A program made the position numbers and the translations under genes. The notes beneath the pieces were generated by a model that searched no databases, was not told the DNA's origin, and saw only the letters and a list, made by a program, of their open reading frames with translations. Below, piece after piece: positions 27,501-34,768 of a stretch of 34,768 nucleotides of DNA. The stretch is taken from sequence record DRR723986_7321. One strand, given 5' to 3'. The stretch's first letter is position 1. Every line of letters starts with the position of its first letter.

Positions 27501-27868
27501 CCGTTGAGTTCACCCCACAGAAAACTTTGCTTGAACTGCGCATCCAGTGCGAGACCGTAACTGAAGTAATTTCGTTTTGTTGTCGCAAGCAGAGCCTTCA
27601 GTTCGGCCCAATTGCTTGTCTGAACTTCGCATACCCAGTCCACACGCACATGCACACAATCCACACCTGATTGTTCAAACAGGGCAGATGCGTGTTTACT
27701 CAAGGCGCTCCAGCAGCTTTCAAAAGACTGCCCGACAAAAGTCTCTACACTGGCGCGCTCAATTCCGTTAGAACAGGACAACATCAACACGCAAGGTTCG
27801 TGATTGCCTGTTGAATACATGCTTGCAAGGAAACTACCCAGTTTTTCAAGTCTGACAGGATTAATCAT
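24596..27868 (-). CDS. Two-module protein: N-terminal ~550-aa alpha/alpha-barrel-like domain plus C-terminal GT4 glycosyltransferase of SdgA/SdgB/GtfA/TagE type
   Basis: C-half (~26160-24596): SGVENAALLR, DYYDSRGFLSC, ARYSPEKN, E-x7-E motif TSQAEAYSLAIME, FDVPYGP..LIVHGETG. N-half: YNTLRHAS, KLGGNA, YYDGEAAFAL, DHW, RIDDVEH. No signal peptide. Confidence 0.85.
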   Translation of the reverse strand: MINPVRLEKLGSFLASMYSTGNHEPCVLMLSCSNGIERASVETFVGQSFESCWSALSKHASALFEQSGVDCVHVRVDWVCEVQTSNWAELKALLATTKRNYFSYGLALDAQFKQSFLWGELNGNAMLYGGSEEEFAQLNVGNFEKYARKKYGQSFVLTHGDQEPVYLFSTQGAYLGADEMVHALEPFGVATGRRKLPDLDVQASTSLVLNASEFLARQVKDSGRFVYGLFPCFNKEIPTYNTLRHASSTYAMIEAWEVTQSTFLKSAIDRSLRCLTQELIKRMPLSGGIQAAFLVDTGNEIKLGGNAVCILALAKYTELTGTTEYIELMEQLAQGIVAMLNPASRRFVHVLNYPDLSIKEHFRIIYYDGEAAFALMRLYKITRRSRWLQAVELAFEYFIEARHWKANDHWMSYCVNELTLYRPKREYFEFGIRNFANHLDFVLTRITTFPTLLELMMAAQQMLSRLQAMPEFADLYAQVDTEKFYRALHWRANYLTTGYFWPEWAMYFAKPDTLNGSFFIRHHAYRVRIDDVEHYVSGLVAYRKFLMQGELNPGQKEARPKVSLNAKIEETTFWFLNQNFGFQRSGVENAALLRYRVFEREMHVRPVLLTCRYNPRLQESIEKLVANKALPESSVCRSVHDYFQDAEEVPARLNTGQSLFDNPMLRSQLVADRRDIRVTSPQGQLLMYVVRNPVNDALIHINHFSDGVKFRKDYYDSRGFLSCIQYLDSTGAVNHEHYLRPGGSLAFVKLYKRIDNKPQLSNIRLYDSTGVLLACWFSESEWLTFALQAMLKSRGGKHVLVVDKNRYWYLPAVTARDHLHRESPGQVAVVPVIHALHTHTVADMATSPTNSNFRDILHDIKRPDAVITLTDQQMNDITARYGAGQLFPIGHSCEIKNSIPEFKTRDRFRIVSMARYSPEKNHHLAIAAFAKVVAKYPEARLDFYGFAVAGNSLLSDLKTQLESLGLQNHVGLNEWTDDPAAHYTRAGLSLLTSQAEAYSLAIMESLCHACPAIAFDVPYGPSHLIVHGETGLLAPFGDTDALADQILSVFDSYEFHEGLSKKAFASASRFSHAEAAHHWRQLFSVVGVSS

Positions 27869-27880
27869 GTTGCCTTGTGA

Positions 27881-30800
27881 TCAGTCAAAAGAGAATTGAT
27901 AAAGCACATCGACTGCATTGTCTGCGCCAGCCCGCGCAATAAAGCTGAGCCGCCTGGAATACTGGTAATTCAATTTCAGGATACTGGCTGCCGTGGTTAC
28001 CGATTGATCGAAACTCAGATAGACACGATCGCTAAATCGTTTTCCCAAGGACACAATTCGTTGTGAGAGCAGTGGGTCATCGGAACCGATCACATTTGCA
28101 GAGGCATCGGCGCCGGGCGCAATGGCCACTTTGCTGCCCACGGCGCGGGAGTCTGCCGCAGTCAGCGAACCCGTGCTGAGACTCAGATCATCAATCCCGA
28201 TCGATTTCGCAATCTTGCGCGTGGTGCTCTCGTCCTCATCACCAAAAATTGCCGCGGCGGCCGTGAGCAACAAGGTGGAATCACGGTCTGCCGAGCCACT
28301 ACCTCGCCCAAGAATCATCCAGGACAACTTCTCTGAATCAGGCACTGCCGGCTCGCTGACCAGACTGACCTTGGGTCGCTGCGCCGTACCTGTCACTTCA
28401 ACACCCGCTTCAACCGCCACGCCTTTTCGCACCGCGCGAACATTCAAACCCGGATTGTCCAGAGGCCCCTGGAAATTGACCACACCTCGTTCGATGGACA
28501 GATCTTGCCCATATGCTCGGTAGGTACCACTCACGGTTTGAATGGTCCCGGTTGCACTCAAACGCCTTCCGGATCGGCGCTGCCCACTGCCTCCAACACC
28601 CTCCAGCATCACCAAACGCAAACCACCCTCAAGCCGGCTTCGCAAGCCTTCAGCATTCACGTAAAACCGTTCGCCCAAGTTGGCGCGCAATTGCAGGTCT
28701 ATCGGCAAACCTTGTCCGGCCAGTTCACTGCGCCCCTGAATGAAGACATCATCACCCAAAGTTTGAGGACCACTCTCGGGCATCTCAAAATATGCCCCCA
28801 AAGTATCCACCTCGCCCCGAATTTTGAGTGGCTGTCCATCCACGCTGGGTTGCTGCACAGTCACGCTGGAATTCACCATCATCCATCGGTCAGGTCGCTG
28901 AAGCAGGGGTACCCTGTCCATGGTCAGTCTTATCTCACCATTCAAACCGGTCAGGTTCCAAACACCCTGTGCTTGCACTTTGCCGTTGCCTTGAATCAGT
29001 GGCCCCAACTCCTCAATGTAACGGCGGGGTGGGCGGCGGTTGTAAACCGTGAATTCGAAGGTGTCGATACTGGCCTTGTCGGTCGTGAAGTCAACCACCA
29101 CATTGCCATCTTCAAGTCGAACACCCTGATCAAGCTGGAACACATCCAGGTCCAGTGCGAACAAACGCCCCTGAACATCCGGATTGTTCGCAGTACCAGC
29201 AATCGCCATTGCAACCTGACCGGTGCCGCTGGTTCTAACCCCACCGCTAATCATGGGGCCAAGCCAATTCAATTCAGTGAATCCCGCTGCCACCGAGCCC
29301 TGCATTGCTGCGTCACCGGCAATGCCCCAGGCTTTGGTTTGCGGATTCTGTTGAACCGGCAGTTTCAGATTTGCAGTCACCGCACCAAAGTCATCGGCAA
29401 GGATATTCAAATCAACACTGGCAGCCTCTCGATTAAAATCAAGATTTGCAGTCATGGTCCGAATGTTCACATCCACCTGTGAATCCGAAAGTACTTGCAG
29501 ACCACCGGACACATGACGAATATCCACATGCCCATCCACCTTGTTGGGATTGGCCACGTAGTTCCAGTTCACCTTGGCGACCAGGTCTTTAGGCTCTACG
29601 GTCAGTTGCTGGCGCAGTATCGGTGACATACGTGGAAAATAAAACTGGGGCATTTCACCCTCGACCCGTATCTCGCGATCTGCGACACGAAGGATCCGGT
29701 TGTTTAACACCGAAGTGTCTTCGCCTTTCAGCACAAAATCTGCAAGCTCCACAAACCCGGGTGCCACCACAAGCGGTGCCGGCGCCTGAAGTGAAAAGCT
29801 GCGAGCCGGCAACCACATGCCCTCCACCTTCAATTGCGCAAGCTGCCCATTCCAGCCAGAAACTGATTTCGGTTTCTCCAGAACGCCAAGCCCGCCCGAC
29901 AGCGCAAACTCTCCCTTCAACGGTCGCAAGCGGCTAAATGGCTGCAATCCACTGGAAAAAACACCCCGTAGTTGATGTTGACTTCGAATACCGCGAAGTG
30001 TGAGCTTCAGTTCATTCAAGACATTGGTGGCCGCATCTGGCACCTTCACTTTGCTCGCCACAATGTCACCAACCCAAGGTGAGCCAGGCGCCGAACCAAG
30101 ATTGAACTGTCCGGACACAGTCTCAATTTGAATGGTGTCATCCAGCTTCAACTGGCGCACATCCACATCACCCTCTCCCGAGAAGTTTCCGTCAAATCCG
30201 CGCAGTTTTCCTCTCAACCTTGCTGTTCCGGAAAGCTCCATTTGAACCAGTTTTCCGAGGCGTGGCAGCTCATCCAGATTCACATCCAGATCAACAAAAT
30301 CAGACTGAGCCCCGTAACTCCCGTTTGCTTTCACAGTGTTGCCCACCACGTCCAGGTCCAGCAGCACATTAGTCAAGCGCGACATACCCCCTGTTGCCTT
30401 GGCAAGCAGTTTAAGCGGGGCATTGGCCAAACGGGAGTTCATCAGATCCACAATGATTTCACCCACAGGATCAACAGCCCCCGCTTTTCCGCTCTGAATC
30501 AAAACACCAGTGAACGAGGCCGTGCCGTTCAGGTCGCCCTGCAAGAATGGACCGGCATCCGGAACGTAGTTGGCCGGGTTGATTTTCCTCAACTCAATCT
30601 GCGTATCAAGCGGTACTTTGTCCACCAGGTCGATCCGCAACTTGCCAAGCAGCTCCGCTTGCCGATCACGGACCTGTAGGCGCTCCACCCGAACCTGTGT
30701 GCCGGTTTTGGTGCCTTGAATCATGGACGTCAATGCGAGTCGCTGTGGCAACCTGGCCAATACCGAGGCATCTATATTGTTTGTCTTGATGTCAAAGTTC

Positions 30801-31933
30801 ATATCGCCCGCGAGAACATCCAGCGAGTCATCCTGATGATCAAGCTGCCTGGGTGCACGCCACTGAATCGTGGCGTTCGCGCTGCCAGCCTGACGTTTTC
30901 CATCGGCCAGGCGGAGTTCATCCACCCACAAATCAAGTTGTTCAGGACGTTGTTCCTTCAGACTCAAATTAAAGCGCGCCTGAATCAAAGACAGTGGCAA
31001 CCCGCCAGACTGGACGGTTGAGGGTCGGGCATTTCGAATGGAAAAATTGCCAGTGCTTTCAGAAAAATCGTCGTTGGGTTCTACAGTTGCAACAATCGCT
31101 AGCGAGGCGTGCGGCGCCCCTTCCAGCCAATTAGACGGATCAAAATTTTCCGCGTTTAAACGCACAGTTTCAAAGGGGTTTGAACCCAGCAAGGTCAACA
31201 CAGCATTGGCCTGCACATTCTGGGTTTGATCCGGTTTGCTGATGTTTTCCCCTTTCGCATTCAGGGCAAGCTCCAGGCGCTCAATTGACCCCGTGGCTGC
31301 CAACTGCGCATTGAGCAACAGATCATCCAATTCGCGACGTGCATTCACTTCGCCAGTGATCTGGTAAGGCTTCGCCAATGTGATTTCAACTGAAGAGTCG
31401 ATCTGTGTATCACGCACATTCAAGGAAAAATGGTGGACGCTCAACTGTTCCGATTGAATTGAAACCTTTGCACTCAGGCTCTTCAATTCTTCACCATTGA
31501 TCAACAATTGCTGCACCTGAAGTTGATGCAAATCAAGATCGACTGGCACGCTAATTCTGTCTGGAATCACCAGGGGGTCGTCATTCTCCGTGGGCGGTGA
31601 ATCAATGCGGACAACCCTTGCCGACAAAGTGTTGATTCGAATCATTTGATCAAGCAGCCTGGACCAGTCCACCGCAATTCGAATTTGCTCCGCCTCGACC
31701 TGGGTATTTTCTTGTTGCCAACGAACAAACTCGAGATCAAACCCCCGCCACAAAGTACCCTGGAATCTGCCGAATTCGAGCTGCTGATCAGAATTGCTGT
31801 TCACCCAGTCCTGCGCCTGAGCGGCAGCAAATTGAAGGCCTTGCTCCGTCTGGGTCACCCATACAACTCCAGCGGTCACCAGCATCATCGCTGACAACAC
31901 CAAGGAACATAAAACAATCACCCCACGCCTCAA
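27881..31933 (-). CDS. tamB: Translocation and assembly module subunit TamB
   Basis: 1350 aa, N-terminal anchor, beta-rich body, DUF490-type C-terminus (GTYRAYGQDLSIERG, GPLDNPGLNVRAVR, AGVEVTGTAQRPKVSLVSEP, LSWMILG); TTGA overlap with tamA. Confidence 0.92.
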   Translation of the reverse strand: MRRGVIVLCSLVLSAMMLVTAGVVWVTQTEQGLQFAAAQAQDWVNSNSDQQLEFGRFQGTLWRGFDLEFVRWQQENTQVEAEQIRIAVDWSRLLDQMIRINTLSARVVRIDSPPTENDDPLVIPDRISVPVDLDLHQLQVQQLLINGEELKSLSAKVSIQSEQLSVHHFSLNVRDTQIDSSVEITLAKPYQITGEVNARRELDDLLLNAQLAATGSIERLELALNAKGENISKPDQTQNVQANAVLTLLGSNPFETVRLNAENFDPSNWLEGAPHASLAIVATVEPNDDFSESTGNFSIRNARPSTVQSGGLPLSLIQARFNLSLKEQRPEQLDLWVDELRLADGKRQAGSANATIQWRAPRQLDHQDDSLDVLAGDMNFDIKTNNIDASVLARLPQRLALTSMIQGTKTGTQVRVERLQVRDRQAELLGKLRIDLVDKVPLDTQIELRKINPANYVPDAGPFLQGDLNGTASFTGVLIQSGKAGAVDPVGEIIVDLMNSRLANAPLKLLAKATGGMSRLTNVLLDLDVVGNTVKANGSYGAQSDFVDLDVNLDELPRLGKLVQMELSGTARLRGKLRGFDGNFSGEGDVDVRQLKLDDTIQIETVSGQFNLGSAPGSPWVGDIVASKVKVPDAATNVLNELKLTLRGIRSQHQLRGVFSSGLQPFSRLRPLKGEFALSGGLGVLEKPKSVSGWNGQLAQLKVEGMWLPARSFSLQAPAPLVVAPGFVELADFVLKGEDTSVLNNRILRVADREIRVEGEMPQFYFPRMSPILRQQLTVEPKDLVAKVNWNYVANPNKVDGHVDIRHVSGGLQVLSDSQVDVNIRTMTANLDFNREAASVDLNILADDFGAVTANLKLPVQQNPQTKAWGIAGDAAMQGSVAAGFTELNWLGPMISGGVRTSGTGQVAMAIAGTANNPDVQGRLFALDLDVFQLDQGVRLEDGNVVVDFTTDKASIDTFEFTVYNRRPPRRYIEELGPLIQGNGKVQAQGVWNLTGLNGEIRLTMDRVPLLQRPDRWMMVNSSVTVQQPSVDGQPLKIRGEVDTLGAYFEMPESGPQTLGDDVFIQGRSELAGQGLPIDLQLRANLGERFYVNAEGLRSRLEGGLRLVMLEGVGGSGQRRSGRRLSATGTIQTVSGTYRAYGQDLSIERGVVNFQGPLDNPGLNVRAVRKGVAVEAGVEVTGTAQRPKVSLVSEPAVPDSEKLSWMILGRGSGSADRDSTLLLTAAAAIFGDEDESTTRKIAKSIGIDDLSLSTGSLTAADSRAVGSKVAIAPGADASANVIGSDDPLLSQRIVSLGKRFSDRVYLSFDQSVTTAASILKLNYQYSRRLSFIARAGADNAVDVLYQFSFD

Positions 31934-33726
31934 AATGCCACCCCCAGCGCAAAGTGAATTCTCAAATTGGCCTGGTCTGCCGCTTTCGCAATATCGAAAG
32001 CGATAGGCCCGGCCGGAGTTTTGTACCGCACCCCAACACCCACCGCAGGTTTGGGATCAAGGTCACCCCAGTTGTCAGACACATCACCGACATCCGTAAA
32101 AACTGCAGCCCCCAGGGGCCCACCTTCAAACCACCGCGTGTACTCGAGGCTACCGATCATCAGGCGACGACCGCCCACCAAAACCCCCTGATCAATAACA
32201 CCCAAATCGAGAAAATCAAACCCACGAAGACTGTTGGTCCCGCCCGCGCGAAACAGATAGTCTTGTGGAATATCCCGGCGTGCACTGGCCACCACCGTAC
32301 CAACCTCAAATCGGGCAGAAAACAGATTTTCTCGGGAAGGAGACCAAAACTTCTGCACTCGCCCGTACAAACGCACAAAATCCTGATCAGAGGCAAACTG
32401 TTCCGCAGCAACAGCCAGTTGGCCAAAAGCGATGTATCCCTCAGAGGGATTCAATCGGTCGTCCACTGCATTTCTTGTCCAGGATGAACTGGCAACCAGC
32501 GCCTGGGTTTGTCCAAAATTGATGCCAAGCGCCCTTCGCTCTTCCAACTGAAAATTCAGACCCAAACGGTAATCATTGATGCCTTTGTTGAATTCCCTGA
32601 TCACGCCTACAGAGGAACGATCCACCTCAAGGTTTGATATTTCCTGGTGATCAACTGCAACCCCAACCGAATCGGTAATACCGCGGGTTGACGGTGGAAG
32701 GAATACATCTGCGTAGGCCGACTGGCGCTTTTGTTCCAAGCGAACCCCTGTAACCAGCGAGTAAGCCCGATCAAACAGATTATTGAATTGATACGTGGCC
32801 TCAGTTCGAAACCCGGTGTTGGAGCTGTAACCCGCACCCAAACCAAGACGTTTGCTGTCACTTTCCATCACGGTGACTTCAATTGGGACGTTCACCGGCT
32901 GCCGATCATCCGCATCAATTTTCACATCAACGGCTGAAAAGTAGGTTGTTCCCTGAAGATCCGCCAACAGAGTCAACAGACGTTCTTGTTCATATCGATC
33001 GCCGGGACGAATGCTGTTGTAACGGGAAACCAGATCCTTGGGGTATTTGTTCAAACCTTCAATTTGCAACTCGCCAAAGGTAAAGACCGGACCACTGTCA
33101 TAGACCACGCTCAGGGCGACTGTATGATTCTCTGGATCGACATCGGCCAGGCTTTCCGAAAGTGTTGCCGCAGCAAAATCCTTGGCCAGCAAGTCTCGCA
33201 GAAGATTGTCTTTACTGGCACTCCAATCCGCTTGATTAAAGGGTTGATTGACACCCAACAACCACAAGGTCTTCAAACGCTCACGGCGTTGCGCGAATTC
33301 ATCTTGGTTGATTTCACCATCGAATTGAATATCCACTGACACAATTTTACTTTGTACCCCCGGCTCAATTTTGATGTTCAGCGGCGGTGCCGCTTCTTCA
33401 GGAACGGTTTCATCGACTATCCGCTGAATGGAGGGCGCGAAATAGCCCTCAGTGCCAAGCGCATCTCGAATGGCGGGCCTCAATCTTCTGAAAAGTTGCC
33501 ATGCATCGCCATTGTCGTTGACTTGGGCAGTCGAACGAATTTGCAACGTAGACTGCTCAATCAAATCCTTGAATTCCTCAGGCACCTCATAATTCACAGT
33601 GGGAAGATCGAACTCAGTGACTGTATCTTGGGCGTACACCACGCCCGTGTGAAGGGTTATTGCACTGAAAACGGCACAAAGCCAGATAAAAGCCTTGCTT
33701 GTGTGGTTACTCAAAAACTTCTTCAT
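31930..33726 (-). CDS. tamA: TamA (Omp85-family outer-membrane insertase)
   Basis: Signal peptide, POTRA-type region (GYFAP, DSGPVFTFG), FRAGGTNSLRGF lid motif, GVRYKTPAGPIAFDIA, C-terminal Phe; likely start ATG 33726. Confidence 0.92.
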   Translation of the reverse strand: MKKFLSNHTSKAFIWLCAVFSAITLHTGVVYAQDTVTEFDLPTVNYEVPEEFKDLIEQSTLQIRSTAQVNDNGDAWQLFRRLRPAIRDALGTEGYFAPSIQRIVDETVPEEAAPPLNIKIEPGVQSKIVSVDIQFDGEINQDEFAQRRERLKTLWLLGVNQPFNQADWSASKDNLLRDLLAKDFAAATLSESLADVDPENHTVALSVVYDSGPVFTFGELQIEGLNKYPKDLVSRYNSIRPGDRYEQERLLTLLADLQGTTYFSAVDVKIDADDRQPVNVPIEVTVMESDSKRLGLGAGYSSNTGFRTEATYQFNNLFDRAYSLVTGVRLEQKRQSAYADVFLPPSTRGITDSVGVAVDHQEISNLEVDRSSVGVIREFNKGINDYRLGLNFQLEERRALGINFGQTQALVASSSWTRNAVDDRLNPSEGYIAFGQLAVAAEQFASDQDFVRLYGRVQKFWSPSRENLFSARFEVGTVVASARRDIPQDYLFRAGGTNSLRGFDFLDLGVIDQGVLVGGRRLMIGSLEYTRWFEGGPLGAAVFTDVGDVSDNWGDLDPKPAVGVGVRYKTPAGPIAFDIAKAADQANLRIHFALGVAF

Positions 33727-33789
33727 GCTTTCCCGGATAGATTGGTCATTTCTTCCTGAGTTGACACTTTGACACCCCGCCACGGCGTC

Positions 33790-34243
33790 TTGAATTGGCC
33801 AAGCTCAAATTGCCGATAAAAATACACAAATTTACCTTGTGACCGGTTCAACTCTCATCTGTATCAACCAGGGGCTCAAGAATTACAGTGCTACATACGA
33901 ATTCTTACCAAACACCCCCCCACTCAAATGAGTCCCCCTTTAAGACCATGAAGATCTGAAAATCTCGATTGAATCGGATTATTTTCGATGTCGATCAATC
34001 GATGATATGAAAAAAATTTCAAATCGATTATTGCAGTAAATAAACTAAAAACCACCACCAATAAACACTTGTTAATTTTAAATGATGAAATTGTTTCACA
34101 ATTGGAATTAACTCAGCCAGCAAGAGGAAAATTTTCTTGCAGATATCTGTTTTCTTATGAATCCGATTAAATCCCTTGTGAGTAAAACGCTTATAGCAGT
34201 GAACTTGCCTAACCAACTCTCTAGCCCCAAGGAAATGTGAATC
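33790..34243. promoter_or_regulatory. AT-rich divergent control region between tamA and the SD-repeat gene
   Basis: Clearly more AT-rich than the flanking genes, no credible ORF, clustered TCGAT/ATCGA motifs at ~33965-34030. Confidence 0.5.
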
Positions 34244-34768
34244 ATGGAAAACGCCAACCCGAATGTTGGAATTATCAAATCGCCAGCCGGCCTTCAGGTC
34301 GAACGCGGCGGCAAGATCGTTGAACTAAGTCAAGGCGATGCCTTGAAATGGAACGACGTAGTGACCAATACAGGCAATCAAACTGCCGAGGTTTTGATGC
34401 CTGCCATGTCCGCTGGACACGGCGACACACTTTTGCAACTGGCTCCCAATGCGTCAGCCAAGCTGGAACAGATTACCTCCACCGTTGCAGACGGCGCGAC
34501 TCGAACAGAGGTTGTGGCACTGAGTGAAGGCGTAGAGCTCTATGACATCGACAATGAAGTGAGTTCAGCAATCCTGACACCTTACGAAGGCACCATGTCT
34601 GGCCTGGTGGGTGCCGGCTTGCTGGCTGGCGGTAGCGCCGGTGCTGGCGTTGGTGCAGCCATTGGTGGCGCTGCGCTTGGCGCGATCGCCCTGAGCGACG
34701 ATGGCGACGACACGGTCATCACAGTTGACCCCAACGACGACAGCGATTCCGACTCTGACAGCGATTCC
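34244..34768 (+). CDS. Partial surface/secreted protein: retention-module-like N-terminus, Gly/Ala hydrophobic segment, then Ser-Asp repeats; truncated by the window edge
   Basis: Not in the ORF track; 175 open codons from ATG 34244 (AAGGA upstream): MENANPNVGIIKSPAGLQVERGGKIVELSQGDALKWNDVVTNTG...LLQLAPNASAKL...GLVGAGLLAGGSAGAGVGAAIGGAALGAIALSDDGDDTVITVDPNDDSDSDSDSDS. Confidence 0.85.
   Translation, partial: MENANPNVGIIKSPAGLQVERGGKIVELSQGDALKWNDVVTNTGNQTAEVLMPAMSAGHGDTLLQLAPNASAKLEQITSTVADGATRTEVVALSEGVELYDIDNEVSSAILTPYEGTMSGLVGAGLLAGGSAGAGVGAAIGGAALGAIALSDDGDDTVITVDPNDDSDSDSDSDS
34739..34768 (+). repeat. Start of an SD dipeptide repeat with 18-bp periodicity
   Basis: GAC AGC GAT TCC GAC TCT GAC AGC GAT TCC = DSDSDSDSDS, continuing to the last base. 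Confidence 0.75.

Noticed and set aside
28505-29482. 325-aa + strand ORF
   Set aside because: Antisense to the conserved C-terminal half of tamB, no independent evidence
34028-34216. 62-aa minus-strand ORF in the AT-rich spacer
   Set aside because: Non-ATG start, atypical composition, sits in the presumed promoter region of the SD-repeat gene

Overview
Chromosomal window of moderate GC. Gene content and protein style suggest a betaproteobacterium (Burkholderiaceae, possibly Limnobacter); this is inference, not a database result. Left to right it holds: (1) a minus-strand type IV filament/T2SS-like assembly operon (lipoprotein secretin, exported protein, PilB/GspE ATPase, PilC/GspF platform, two bitopic accessory proteins, and a PrsA/PpiC-like foldase running off the left edge); (2) a DsrE-family gene, an MFS gene and an uncalled small membrane ORF; (3) lrgAB/cidAB-type genes and an OmpA lipoprotein; (4) a fatty-acid beta-oxidation cluster (thiolase, FadB/J, FadE-type dehydrogenase, CaiB CoA-transferase, FadD) with a divergent TetR and a ~200-bp nested palindrome inside it; (5) an orphan 429-aa protein with a possible NEL-like catalytic motif; (6) an Amt transporter with a sigma54 promoter and NtrC box; (7) a tamA-tamB-glycosyltransferase-DUF599 operon. 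Divergent from that operon is an uncalled ORF (34244 to window end) with a retention-module-like N-terminus that runs into Ser-Asp (SD) repeats. The most interesting signal is this pairing: an SdgA/SdgB/GtfA-like GT4 enzyme fused to a ~550-aa alpha/alpha-barrel-like domain, next to an SD-repeat surface protein. It suggests a Gram-negative counterpart of staphylococcal SD-repeat adhesin glycosylation. Family assignments come from motif recognition only.
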